A DNA stretch of 64,000 nt from an uncultured Nitrospinota bacterium (GCA_963707985.1 CAVPRW010000027.1:32001-96000); one strand, 5' to 3'. Positions 41,152 to 52,730 are shown, numbered from the stretch's first letter. The notes: generated by a model not told the origin, from the letters alone. Translations and numbers: made by a program.

Positions 41152-42324
41152 TTACTTATTCCAGGGGTGCTTGGCAATTTCTCGTTCGTTCAGGTCGGCC
41201 CCCCACCCTGGGCGCGTGGGAATTCGTAGGTAGCCGTCTTTGATGTCCAGGGGGTCGGTGATGAGGTCGTCTTTCCACGGCACGTCGTCGATATCGATCT
41301 CCATGATGCGCACATTGGGCAGAACCGCACACAGATGCGCACTCATCAATGTCGACAGATGGCTGTAGTAATTGTGTGGCGCCACATTGAGCTCATACGT
41401 CTCGGCCAAGTCTCCAACTTTCTTGGATTGCGTGAAGCCATTCCATGGCACGTCGATCATGGCCACGTCGAGGGCGTGCTTCTCGAAATAGGGACGATAG
41501 CCGCGCAGGGTGTAGAAGTTCTCACCAGTGCAGATGCGCGTGGTGGTGGACTGCTTGATCTGCAGGAGCGCATCTGGGTCGTACATATCGATTTCCAGCC
41601 ACAGCAGGTTGAACGGTTCAACCGCCTTGGCGATGCGCAGACACGCCTCAGTCTTGAAGTTGAAGTTCAGGTCCAGGCAAATATCGACGTCTGAGCCGAC
41701 GGCCCCACGGAAGGTGCCGATGAGATTCTCGATGGTGCGAATGACCGGGGTGGTGACCACCTGATCGGTGGTCCCCCCGCCGCCGCCGAAGCCTGGCATA
41801 TAGACCTGCGCCGGGTCTCCTGGGATCACGATGTTGGTCTTGAGGGCCGTGAAGCCTCGGCTGACCACTTCGCGTCCCAGGTTGGCGATATCCTCCAGCG
41901 AGAGCAGCGGCGGCGTGCCAAGGGCCTTGCCGTAGCGCGCTCGTGTCGTGCCGCAATGCGACCAGTACAGACGTACCTGATCACGCGTAGGGCCACCGAA
42001 CAGTTCGTACACCGGGACGCCCAGAGCTTTGGCTTTGATATCCCACAGGGCACAATCGATGCCCGCCATCGCCTTCGCCGCGATGCCGCCCGGACTCTGG
42101 CGCGTGGCGCGATACATGTCCCAGTAGAGTTTCTCGATGGGACGTGGGTCCTGACCCAGCAGCAACGATTTGAGGTCTTCGACACAGCCGGCGATGGCGC
42201 GTGGTGTTCGGTTGTCGCTGCATTCGCCGTAGCCAGTCAGGCCATCGTCGGTCTGGATTTTGACGAAGGTCCAGGGCCGCCAACCGGCATCGCAAATCAT
42301 GGCTTCCACATGAGTAATTTTCAC
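41152..42324 (-). CDS. Mandelate racemase / muconate lactonizing enzyme family (acid-sugar dehydratase-like)
   Basis: FVKIQTDDGLTGYGE, DCALWDIKAK, metal ligands in LDLN, WLEI and TGEN, and APHN. Confidence 0.9.
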   Translation of the reverse strand: MKITHVEAMICDAGWRPWTFVKIQTDDGLTGYGECSDNRTPRAIAGCVEDLKSLLLGQDPRPIEKLYWDMYRATRQSPGGIAAKAMAGIDCALWDIKAKALGVPVYELFGGPTRDQVRLYWSHCGTTRARYGKALGTPPLLSLEDIANLGREVVSRGFTALKTNIVIPGDPAQVYMPGFGGGGGTTDQVVTTPVIRTIENLIGTFRGAVGSDVDICLDLNFNFKTEACLRIAKAVEPFNLLWLEIDMYDPDALLQIKQSTTTRICTGENFYTLRGYRPYFEKHALDVAMIDVPWNGFTQSKKVGDLAETYELNVAPHNYYSHLSTLMSAHLCAVLPNVRIMEIDIDDVPWKDDLITDPLDIKDGYLRIPTRPGWGADLNEREIAKHPWNK

Positions 42325-42463
42325 GGCATCCTCCTCGATTCAGAACGACTTCACCATCACTATCAAGAGTGGCCAGGATTCCGGTTACTTTGACGATGCC
42401 AAGGCACCGGGGGCCGTTGCGCCGCCCCTCTCGTCACAATGACGTGCGGGCGATCGGAGTCGG

Positions 42464-44372
42464 TCAAGTCACGCCTAGTGCGAACCACCCCGCCCAGCCG
42501 GCCGCGCCGTCCCACCAGGTGCTGTAGACCAGGCCGTCCGAGCCCACGGTAAACAGGTCGATGTGCTCGGTGAACCGAGAGATCGCTGCCACCTGCCCAC
42601 CCGCCTGGCCGACACCGCCCGACACGTTGAACCAGCCGGCCCAATTACCCCCCTCGTGCCACCATGTACTGTAGATCCGATTGTTGGTGCCTATTGTAAA
42701 CAAGTCGAGATGGTTCGAGTAGCGGGCAATCGCCGTGACGGGTGAGCCAGGCGAAGCAACCCCACCGGACACCTGAAACCAGTTGCCCCAGCCAGTCCGA
42801 GCATTCCACCAGGTGGACATGATCCGCCCGTCGGCCGCCGTGGTGAACAGGTCGAGCTGGTCGGGGAACCGCGCCACCACGCTCACCGTGGCGTCCGAGC
42901 GGCATTGCAGGTTGCCGATGGCGAACCAATTGTGCCAGCCACTGCGCTCGTCCCACCACGAACTGTATGGCCAGTTGTCAGTCCCAACCGTGAACAGGTC
43001 GAGGTGAAACGGGTAGCGGGCCACGACGGTGACTGTGGCCCCGGCGGCCGCCACCCCGCCCTGAACCTGGAACCATGACGCCCAGCCGGTCTGGGCATTC
43101 CACCAGGTGGACATGATCCGCCCGTCGGCTGCCGTCGTGAACAGATCGAGGTGGTCACTGTACCGCGACACGACATTAACCGTGGATCCGGGCCGGCATT
43201 GCATGGTTACCGATGGGGAACCAGGCGTGCCAACCGCTGCTGCTATCCCACCAGGAACTATACACACGGTTGTCCGTGCCGACGGTGAACAGATCGAGAT
43301 GGCCGGCGTAGCGGGCCACCGCCGTAATCGGTGAGCCCACGCCACCGGGTGAGGTGATTCCGCCTTGCACGTGGAACCACCCCGCCCAACCGCTCGATTG
43401 GTCCCACCAGTTGCTCATCGTACGACCATCCGAGGCGACGGCGAACACGTCGAGGTGCTCAGGGAAGCGAGCCATCACGGTCATTGGCGTGCGGGCGCGG
43501 GCCGGTAGGGAGGCTAGTGGACTGATGCGATTCCAGATCACCTGGCGGCAGATCCGGCAGAACGGGACCCCAAGCGCACGCATCTTGCAATCGTATTCGG
43601 GCCGGTAAGCACCACAATGGTAGTAGTGTGCCCCTTCGAAGAGCCCGACTGTACCGGTTGGAACCGGACTAGGCCGATTATCGACCTGGCTGCAGTTCGG
43701 GTTGCTCATCGTCGGGATCGCCGTCACTGACGCGACCGCCCAACGCCACTTCAAGGTGTTCCGGTCGGAATTGGTCGTCACATTGGGTTCGGACGGCTCG
43801 CCCGCAGGGTGGTGGTCATGGCCGGTCTCATTGCCACCGGCGTAGTACGGGTACTCGTCGGCAAGCCCGAAAGCGGTATGCCCCATCTCATGGATGGCAA
43901 TTTCAGTGGCCCCTGCCGCCAGCGAGTACGTACCGACGCCCCCACCGCTGCCGCCATAAATCGTGGAGTTGACCACAACAAGCACCACGGTGAACTCCGG
44001 AACCTGGGTGGCGGCCACCTGCAGCGCAGTGGTCATGTTGCAGACCAACAACCGACGGATGTTGTTGGCGCCGAAGGTAGCGTCGAAGTAGGTGCGAACA
44101 GAGGCGCCAGTCCCGCCGCCGGCGACGGGGTCGTCAGCGCCGGCATCGGTTGAGCTGACGTTGACTCGGAACACGTTGATGGCCGGGCTCAGCTCATCGA
44201 ACGGCGGCGTGGCCCGGAAGGCATTGACGAACGCCGTACAAGCGTTATTGAAGTCGTTCTGCTGGGCTGCGGTAAAGCCTTCGGCCAAGAGCACGACGTT
44301 GAACGCCCGGTTGCGGGGCGCAGTGCCGAAGATCTGGGTGGAACCGAGCACAGAGCCATCTGCGGTCGACAT
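42464..44372 (-). CDS. M64 family metallopeptidase fused to a Trp-rich lectin-like beta-propeller, one frameshift at ~43204
   Basis: VVLLAEGF, YGGSGG, HEMGHTAFGLADEY, FEGA...YRP..CKMR...FC..C (M64). Repeats of LDLF...D......WW....GW..W. The frame break restores GNLQCR, as in the sister repeat. Confidence 0.85.
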
Positions 44373-44387
44373 GGCCGATCTCCCTCA

Positions 44388-44843
44388 TCAGCGGCTGATC
44401 TGCAGTGGGAAGCTGGCGAGTTCGGTGACCTCAGGGCTGCCAGGCACCGCACTGGTCGCGCGGCTGGATGGCAGCAGTGCCTCGGGTGTGGCCGGCGCCA
44501 CGTGCACAACGGCGACATGGTCGGCGCCCTCCGGCACCGGAACGACAACGGTAAAAGCGCCCCGTAGTCTCGCCCCATCTACCCGAGTGATCGGTTCGTC
44601 GGACCGCTCAGGGAACACCTCAGCACTGCCGGACATCGCATCGCGGGCGGGGACCCGAGCCAAGGTCCGCCCATCCGCAGCACGGGTATCGATGTAGTAA
44701 CCGGGGTGTTGGGCACGGGCGATATCAAAGCCAGTGATCGCAACGTCCACCGGCTGCTGGCTGACCAAACGCACTTGCTGACCCTCGTACTCAAAAATCA
44801 GGCGCACCGCGAGGGTTGGCATGGGTTGACTGGTATCGTTCAT
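44388..44843 (-). CDS. Hypothetical beta-rich protein, co-transcribed with the M64 peptidase
   Basis: GGAGG RBS before ATG 44843. 151 aa, ending 15 bp before the peptidase start. Confidence 0.65.
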   Translation of the reverse strand: MNDTSQPMPTLAVRLIFEYEGQQVRLVSQQPVDVAITGFDIARAQHPGYYIDTRAADGRTLARVPARDAMSGSAEVFPERSDEPITRVDGARLRGAFTVVVPVPEGADHVAVVHVAPATPEALLPSSRATSAVPGSPEVTELASFPLQISR

Positions 44844-45188
44844 AAGGACCTCCTGTTCGTCCCGCGAAGGCAGAATACGGTTCCAGTGATCTGCGCTTTC
44901 CAGTGCATAAGGACTTAGGATAAGAAAAAAAAGCAACAATATCGGCTCAATCCACTTAGCACAAAGGGACAGACGATTATTCAATGCTAGGGTATAGTGG
45001 TTAAGCACACTCATTCAGCTACCATCGCCGGATCTGCCCTAGCGTGTTGTCGGAGGGCATTGCAGACGGCTCATGTTGTGTTTCAGGGTCGTATTTGACC
45101 AGCAACTCAAGCACCACATGAAGCAAGGCCTTGCCTCGCTTCCCAACAAGATTGACAAACTCGCGAAACACACCACGGAGCGGTGACC

Positions 45189-46571
45189 TCACACGACCGG
45201 CCACCGTGGCAGAAAATGCACGCCTGTGCGGGCCAACAGTCGCTCCCCAATCTCCTGGACTTTCTGGATGAGCTGCCATTCATCGACGTACAGCGGCGTA
45301 TAGTCCTGCACCACCACCCTGCCATCGACGATGACGGTATGCACGCTGCGGCCATCGGCGTTATACACCAGGGTATTGACCGGGTTGAAGAGGTTGCGCC
45401 ATTCCGGACGCTTGGTATCGAATAGCACGAGATCGGCCTTTTTCCCCACCTCGATGGAGCCCAGATCCTGATCGAGGCCGAGGGCCTTGACGCCGTTGAG
45501 CGTGGCCATTTCCAGAGCCGTCTCGGCCGGTACGATGCTGGTGCTGCGCCGGGCGTCTTTGTAGAGCACCGCCGCGAGATACATCGAGCGCTGGGTTTCG
45601 AGCAGATTCGAATTGTTGCCGGCATCCGTGCCGAGGCTCACGGCGATGCCCTTCTGCAGCATTTCCGGCAGTTTTCCCTGGCTACTCGTCCCCCGGCCCA
45701 TCTTGAGAGCCGCCGTTGGCACCATCACCGCCTTCGTGTGCGTCCGGGCCATGACCTCGACTTCGTTGTCATCAAGCCCAACCAGATGCGCTAGCAGCAC
45801 GTTTGGCCCGAGCACGCCGATACTCTCCAGGTACTCGATGGGGCGCTTGCCGTATTGCTCCAGGGCGGCTTTGACACCGGGCGGATCATTACTCTGATGC
45901 AGGGTCATGCCGGTCTGATAGGCGTCCGCCAGGCGTTTGGCGGCCACCAACAGCTCCTCCGTGGCGTAGTCGGCAGCGAAGGGCATGGCCCAGGCGCGTA
46001 CCCGGTCGTTGAGGCGATGATCATAGGTCTTGATGGTTTTCTCCATCGTGTCGATGGCGTCCTGTGTGCTGGTCACCGGGATGTTGATCGGATTAGGCTG
46101 ATCGACCACCTGGGCGCCGACGACGATGCGGCATCCTGTTTCTTCGTAGGCCTGCATACAAGTGTCGAGGAACTTGGTGCTGCCGGGATCGAGGAAGCAG
46201 GTGGTCCCATACTTCAGGAGCTCGGTAATGCCCAGAAGCGAGGTGTAATACTCATCTTCCTCGGTCATTGCCCCCTGCAATTTGAAGACATTAGCCAGAT
46301 AAACACCGGGGTTGAGATCGTCGGGGAAAATCCCGCGGACGGCATGGGCATAACTGATGTGCATGTGATTGTTGCAGAAGCCCGGGGTGACCACCATCTC
46401 CCGCGCATCGATGACTTGGTCGGCCGACAGGCCAGTAAGCTCGGCAGCCTTCCCCACGCGAGTGATGCGTTGGCCCTCAATCAGGATGGATCCATCCTGG
46501 ATGATGCGCCGCGACGCATCTATGGTGATGAGAAACCGTGCGCCTTCGATTTTGAGCGTCGGTCCTGGCAT
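45189..46571 (-). CDS. Amidohydrolase family protein (MtaD / ATZ-TRZ-like)
   Basis: PGFCNNHMH (HxH), GTTCF.D, LAH.V, SLGTD, GSIEVGKKADL. Confidence 0.9.
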   Translation of the reverse strand: MPGPTLKIEGARFLITIDASRRIIQDGSILIEGQRITRVGKAAELTGLSADQVIDAREMVVTPGFCNNHMHISYAHAVRGIFPDDLNPGVYLANVFKLQGAMTEEDEYYTSLLGITELLKYGTTCFLDPGSTKFLDTCMQAYEETGCRIVVGAQVVDQPNPINIPVTSTQDAIDTMEKTIKTYDHRLNDRVRAWAMPFAADYATEELLVAAKRLADAYQTGMTLHQSNDPPGVKAALEQYGKRPIEYLESIGVLGPNVLLAHLVGLDDNEVEVMARTHTKAVMVPTAALKMGRGTSSQGKLPEMLQKGIAVSLGTDAGNNSNLLETQRSMYLAAVLYKDARRSTSIVPAETALEMATLNGVKALGLDQDLGSIEVGKKADLVLFDTKRPEWRNLFNPVNTLVYNADGRSVHTVIVDGRVVVQDYTPLYVDEWQLIQKVQEIGERLLARTGVHFLPRWPVV

Positions 46572-46574
46572 GGT

Positions 46575-46829
46575 CTGCACACCTCCTTGAGCCACAACAC
46601 CCCCACGGGAGCGATCAAGGCGGTACCGAGGCCAGACCACACGGCATCAGCCACACTCACCTCGATGCGTGTGAACGCCAGGGTCAGCGCGCTGAGGCTC
46701 AGTTCGTGAACATAGAAACATCAGCACGAAGGGCAACACCTTGGTAATGCCTTGCGGCAGCTTCCTCGCGGTCGTACCCGAGACCTCAAGCACGATCGCC
46801 AGCACGAGAGAGAGCCCACTCCTCGTCAA
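46575..46829 (-). pseudogene. SMR (small multidrug resistance) transporter remnant
   Basis: LAIVLEVSGTT..KL..G and, in another frame, IEVSVADAVWSGLGTALI...WLKE. Frameshifted and lacking TM4. Confidence 0.7.
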
Positions 46830-47797
46830 TCTCCGTCCTCCAGCCCAGACGAGGCCTTCACGGCTGCGGCGAGGTGAGGGACGATGTCCTGGGCGAGCAC
46901 CTCCAGATGTTCCATGTGGTCGAAGGCCGAGTTCAACAGCAAATGCTCGGCGCCTGAGGCCACAAGCTCCGCCAGACGCTCCACGCACTCCTGCACACCC
47001 CCCCAGATGGCCACGCGCGACGCCATGTCGGCATTCCGATAGCGTAGCCCAAACCAGGTCCGCAGGCGTGCCTCGGCACGGGATTTATCGGCATCGACGG
47101 CGATATAGACACGCTTGGAGATGCAGAAGGTCGTGGGGTCTCGTTTGGCGTCGTCGAGCAAGCCGCGGATGGTCACTACCTGAGCCTTGAAGTCGGCGTT
47201 GGAGGATGATCCCGCCCCCATCCAGCCGTTGCCCAGTCGCACCGCACGGCGCAGTGCTGCAGGCTCTCGCGCGCCGAACCAGAGCGGCGGGTGTGGCTGC
47301 TGCACTGGCTTGGGCTCCTGAGAGATGCCGGCAAGTGTCCAATACTCCCCGGCAAACGTGGCCGTCGGCTGGGTCCACAGAGCCTTCATCACCTCGATCC
47401 CCTCAACGAAGCGGCGTACCCGGCGCTCCAGGGGGATGCCGAAGGCCGCGTCTTCAGGTCGCTGATTCCCTATGCCCACCCCCACGGTCAAGCGACCCTG
47501 GCTGAGCTGGTCGAGCGACGTCAAACTCTTGGCCAACTGGATGGGATTACGTAAGACAGTTAGCAGCACCGAGGTCCCCAGCCGTATTGTTCGCGTCAAG
47601 GCTGCCGCATAGCTGAGCAGGGTTAACGGTTCGAGAATCGGCACCGCGCCGACGATTTGTTCTTGGACCCAGGCGCTCTCATAGCCCAGGGCCTCAGCGC
47701 GCGTCAGAAACGTGTGCAGTCGTGTAGTCTCGAGTGGTCCGTCGAGAAAATCCTGCGGAATCGCGATGCCACAGCGGATCACCTTAGCAGTTGCCAT
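46826..47797 (-). CDS. LLM-class flavin/F420-dependent oxidoreductase
   Basis: AEALGYESAW, IRLGTSV, LDQLSQGRL.VGVG, PKPVQQPHPPLWFG. Confidence 0.9.
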   Translation of the reverse strand: MATAKVIRCGIAIPQDFLDGPLETTRLHTFLTRAEALGYESAWVQEQIVGAVPILEPLTLLSYAAALTRTIRLGTSVLLTVLRNPIQLAKSLTSLDQLSQGRLTVGVGIGNQRPEDAAFGIPLERRVRRFVEGIEVMKALWTQPTATFAGEYWTLAGISQEPKPVQQPHPPLWFGAREPAALRRAVRLGNGWMGAGSSSNADFKAQVVTIRGLLDDAKRDPTTFCISKRVYIAVDADKSRAEARLRTWFGLRYRNADMASRVAIWGGVQECVERLAELVASGAEHLLLNSAFDHMEHLEVLAQDIVPHLAAAVKASSGLEDGD

Positions 47798-47842
47798 GAC
47801 GAACTCTCCTCGGCCATCCCTTCTGTGCGAACATCTACAGCC

Positions 47843-49127
47843 TCACACCCATAACGCCGGATCGGTCAGAGCCGCCGCGACAGCTTTCGGGTCCATGCCG
47901 TGGGCACGGATGAATGGTTCGGCGTCGGCAATAACTTTGTCAACATCTTGATAGAGTTTATAGCGTTGGAAGCGGTCTTCGTGTGGTTCTAACCCAAGGG
48001 CTTCAGCGACGACCGAGGTAAAATTCTTCACCTCGAACGGGTAGCGCCCCTGCGCATCGCAGAGCACTCGATGGCATCCGTGATACACGAGCACCAGCAG
48101 CTCAACACCCGCCGCTTGGGCTGATTCGAGAAGATGTTGGTGGACATCCTCCTGGGCCAGAGGAACCAGTCCCAGACTCCCCCCACCGCAGGTATAGCCG
48201 GGTTCGGCGAGTTGGTCGATCTCCACCCACTCGATCCCTGGGATCGCCTGCAATAACCGGCGTACGTTGTCGTTCGTGCCACTGATCCCATTATGCTCAT
48301 GCAGAGCCACGCGTTTAGGGATCGCGCGCACGAAGCGCGATCGCAAATCGTCCAAACGATCGGCGAGAAACTGGGTGATATGCTCAAGCGTATAAGGTAA
48401 CTCAGTGGCACCAGCGGTCGTCTCGCCCAAATGCAGCTGGCAGGAGGGACACCAGGTCAGTACGTGTTGCGGTCGAAATTCGGCAAAGCGTCCGAGCGTG
48501 TGGCTTTCGATACGGTCGCTGCCGTCGAGGTCGCCCTGGGTGCGGAAGTGCACAATCCCACAGCAATGATTGACGCCGCCCAGCACCTCGTAATCCAGCT
48601 CCATCGCCTCAAGAATATCCATGACATTAAACACGATGTGCGGCGTGCGCAGAACATTGCAGCCAAGATAGAAGACGACATCAGCGCGCGATTTCATCGT
48701 CGGAGAGAGACCAGTGAGGCGACGATACTGCTCTGGCGTCATCTGTGTGCCGGCGAGGAGGCGGATGGATTGAGCCATGCGCTTGAAGTAGGTCTCGCTC
48801 GATGGTTGTTGCAGGCGCTCCTGATGCTTCAGTGTGTGCTTGGCCAGATTGAGCATTTTGCGAGGATTGATCCCTTCCGGACAGGCCGGGATACAGGATC
48901 CGCTCGCCGTACACACCTGGGCCCAGTGTCGAGCTTCATCATGGCCATGAGCGCCGCGCAGGATGTCCAGGATGCCGCCAACGACATGCGTCGAGTCGGC
49001 GCCTTGCAAATTGCCATACGACAGCATCGGACAGACGTCGACACACTTCCCGCAGGTCGTGCAGTCTTGCAAAATCGCCTGGGTTGTCGGATTCGATGTA
49101 GGCCTGTAAGAACAACTGACTCATCAT
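47843..49127 (-). CDS. Fe-S oxidoreductase (4Fe-4S dicluster + CCG domains, HdrD/GlpC-like), with an N-terminal frameshift at ~49089
   Basis: CTTCGKCVDVCP, CTASGSCIPACP, YLGC, HCCG, CPSC. AAGGAG RBS before ATG 49127, which is one base out of frame. Confidence 0.85.
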
Positions 49128-50274
49128 CCAACTCCTTGAAGTCATATGTGTTTCGAACGTGCGCATCCGTGTGCGATGCCTACGGTCGGGTTGTCAGGGG
49201 TGATTGTACTGAACACCACCAACGGCGGCAATGAAATAATCTTTCTGAACAGGACCACCGACAAGCGTACGCTGTTTGACACGCAGGTATGGCCTATTTA
49301 CACTGTGCTGCGCGAAGCTTGGGACCCATGGCGTAGATCACGCGGTGTCGTGAGCGCACACCAGCCTCCTTCCTTCCTACCATGGCGCATTCGATGGCCC
49401 AACGCCCACCTGTTCTGACCGCAGAGGCCTGCATGCATGGGCTGTCGAGCGCCGCGAAGAAGCGCGAGCGGGCCACTTTGTTCGATGGCTAGCCGGCAAT
49501 GCAACGCGCGGCCATGGCCAAGCCCCGGGCGACGGACCGGTCAAGTCCTGCGACCTCGGCTGAGGCGCGCAACCGCTGTTTGCAGCGTCGTGACACGCGC
49601 GGGGTGCAAGGTGGCCGCGCCCCCCCATCCCCCAATGGGATAGCGGGAGGGCCGCGGCAGCATCGCCCCCTGCCCGGTGGGCCACACGGGGCTACGGGGC
49701 AGGACCGCCAGGCCGGGAGGACCGACGCGACTTGGCACACCCAAGCCTGAGGGAGGTTTCCCTATCACGGAGAGCGGTGGTTGGGCCTCAACGTTTCGAC
49801 AAGCCCCCTAGCATGGCCACACCTGGGGCAGCGGACAGTCATCGTTGCCGGTGTCGAATCGGCATCATACCCTTGACGGGGTCTGGGGGGCTCCGGGATC
49901 CGCGGAGCTCTCGCACCGTTTGGAGTGCATCGCGGTTTCCAGGGCCCAACAGGCCGTCATACTTGACCTTGACAACATGGGCAGGCAGGCCACACAGCAA
50001 CAACCGGCGGATGAATTCCTCGGGACTGAGGGGGCCGAGCTTGGCTTACTCGGTCTGGGAAGCGGTGTCGTGGAAGGTACCCTGACCATCTTCACGTGTG
50101 AGCATGTCGTATGTCAATCATCGCCACCTCCACTTCAAACCTCACCACGACATTTAGCCCATCCACACGGGCGTCGTAAGATTCCATCTCGTCCGCCCAT
50201 CACCGATGGCGAGAATCTGCAATACATGCACGGCATGGCCTGATGCCTGCGAAGCCAAAGAACCTCCTGGACGC

Positions 50275-51510
50275 TCAACGTGGGTCCAGGCCGCGTCCGG
50301 CTTTGAAAGCGGCCAGGCTGCTGCCCTTCTGGGAGGGCGGCAGGCTATTATTGAGCTCCTCCACGGCAATTGCTCCCGACCGTAAGACGGTTCGGAGCGC
50401 ATAGGCCCACATGGCGAGGGTGATATGGCGGTACCAGCCCGTCCAACTGCGCACCTCGTAGTCATCCAGGCCGACTTCCCTCTTGGCAGCTTCAACGCTG
50501 CCCTCCATAGTCCACCGACTGCCTGCAACCCGCACCACCTCGTCCAGCCGGGTTTCATGGGGGGCAAAAACCGCGTAGGGCATCACCTTCTGTGGGTCGC
50601 TGACACACCGGCGCACTAGTAGCCAGCGGCGCCATCGGGGGTCCTTGGGATCCTCCAGAGGCATCCGGCGCCAGTCATGCCATCGGGATACCGTTGTCTC
50701 ATCCTGCGCGCATAGCCGGCTCCCCCCCTCTTCTGGCAAGGCGGCCACGAGCGTGTTGACCTGCCGTGGCTGCCCGCCTAGCCGAAGGTGTACCTTACCC
50801 GAAACGGCCAGCACATAGGCGAGAGGTAGGGCTTCCAACCAGGCGCGCAGCCGTCGGTCATCCCCATAGACGCTGTCACTGGTGACCCATCTAGCGGGCA
50901 CGCGGGCCGCCAGCGCTCGCTGCAGCATGTGCTGGGCCAGTTGTGGCTTGGTCGCAAACCGACGGTCGTGCGGAATGCCAGCCTGCCGCCGGCGAGCGGG
51001 ATCGTCGGTCCAAGCCTCAGGCAAATAGAGCTCACGATCCAGCAAGGCGTGGCCCAGTCGACCGGCATACCCCAAAAAGACGCCGATCTGGCAGTTTTCA
51101 AGGCGGCCGGCTGTGGGGCTATATTGGCGAGCGACACCGACCGAGTGCTGCCCTTTTTTCAAAAAGTCGGTCTCTTCAATGACCAACACCGCGTGCGGAT
51201 CTCCTAGATGCTGGACCACATAGGTGCGCAATTCATCGCGGACCGCATCAGGGTCCCATAGCGCCCGACGCAGCAGGTGCTGAAAGCCATAGGGTGTGGT
51301 GTCGCCGCTCACCTCAGCCAATTGCCAGCTGTTCTTACGCTCGACAGAGCTGAGCAAGCCGCGCACGTACGCCACCGCCCGCTGCCGCGGCTCGGCACGC
51401 TCGAAGTAGGGTGCCAGGCGGCGCTCGATATCGGCCATGTGAGCCGCTCCCGACCGGCCCCGCGCCATGTCCTGATCCGCGGATGGCTCACCTGGTTCCA
51501 TCGTGGACAT
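50275..51510 (-). mobile_element. IS701-family transposase, probably degenerate
   Basis: ERKNSWQLAE, FLKKG.HSVGVARQY, ENCQIGVFL, LDRELYLP, FATKPQLA, GLDDYEVRSW.GWYRH. The first catalytic Asp reads E (VIEET). Terminus-like CTACAATTGTAATTA on the minus strand at ~51565-51579. Confidence 0.9.
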
Positions 51511-51591
51511 GATGCGGCCTCCTTTCAGCAGGATGTGTAAAGATATGATACCAAGATGGCGGCATAATTACAATTGTAGCGATACTGGGTT

Positions 51592-52020
51592 ATGGCAGAA
51601 GGACTCGTGACGGGAGTCCAGCGTGCGGTGGACGGATGTTACGAGCCTCGGTTTATGATCCCCTCCAGGTGTTCTTTGGATCCTTTCAGCTTGACATTGA
51701 TTGCCTATTCCGAGGCGGTGGCCGATAATCTGGGGAAAGTAGGGGTCCGGGCCAAGATCACCCCCTTGGATCGGGCCGCGCTGTCCACTAAACGCCAGGC
51801 CAAGGCCCTCGCTGGAGACCTATGGCCATGGAGCACTCCGAACCGCAGCCTGGCCATTCACATCGTCATCATGCACACCCTGCATCACTCACAGGCCCCG
51901 TTCACCTCGACGGCCGACGGCAAGATTCACACGAATGACGCCGTGAACCAGAAGATCGCCCGGTGGGATCTCGGGAGGAACCTGTATGACAACAATCCGT
52001 GCTATATTATTCGACGATAG
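51592..52020 (+). pseudogene. C-terminal fragment of a family-5 ABC transporter substrate-binding protein
   Basis: EAVADNLGKVGVRAKITPLDRAA resembles the C-terminal lobe of SBP_bac_5. No N-terminus; abuts the IS701 end. Confidence 0.5.
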
Positions 52021-52157
52021 CCTGCACAGCCGCCGCTCATGGTAACCTCTTGTCATCCCGCGCCCGTGGATGGCATGCGGCAGGAGGGGAGACCGGGGTG
52101 AGCACGAGGTGAACCGGCGGGCTTGTTGACGTTCACCTTTGCGACAGGAGTGGCAAT

Positions 52158-52601
52158 ATGTTCAGAGAGTTCCGAGAGTTTGCCATGCGCGGCAATGTCG
52201 TGGACTTGGCCGTGGGTATTGTCATTGGCGCGGCCTTTGGCAAAATTATCACGTCTCTAGTCAACGACATCATCATGCCTCCTATTGGGCTCCTGCTCGG
52301 CCGAGTCGATTTTGCTAACCTATTCATCAATCTCTCAGGCCAGTCGTTTGCTTCGCTGGCAGAAGCCAGGGCCGCTGGTGCCCCAACCATCAATTATGGC
52401 GTGTTTCTCAACACAGTCATCGACTTTGTCATTGTGGCCTTGGCCATTTTCTTGCTGGTGCGGTTCATCAATCGCCTGACCCGTCAGGCAGATGCGGCGC
52501 CGGCAGTGCCGACTAGCCGCGAATGCCCCTTCTGCGTATCATCGATTCCCCTCAGAGCCACGCGCTGCCCGCAGTGCACGTCCAATCTGCAAGCAGCGTA
52601 A
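52158..52601 (+). CDS. mscL: Large-conductance mechanosensitive channel with a C-terminal Cys4 tail
   Basis: [32 protein letters not shown]. Tail CPFC...CPQC. Confidence 0.95.
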   Translation: MFREFREFAMRGNVVDLAVGIVIGAAFGKIITSLVNDIIMPPIGLLLGRVDFANLFINLSGQSFASLAEARAAGAPTINYGVFLNTVIDFVIVALAIFLLVRFINRLTRQADAAPAVPTSRECPFCVSSIPLRATRCPQCTSNLQAA

Positions 52602-52730
52602 AGGCGGCCTCCTCCATCAGATTTCCCACTAGCCTGCCTGGCTCAGCATAGTCCTGTCATGATTTCCTGTTATTTTTATTGCAATCTTTAGAAATAGATA
52701 TTACAAACACTATAACATAGGGAGTGTCCG

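Noticed and set aside
49400..50270. Overlapping short ORFs resembling debris of an integrase/transposase-associated element
   Set aside because: No catalytic motif or element ends could be identified; the resemblance is too vague to annotate.
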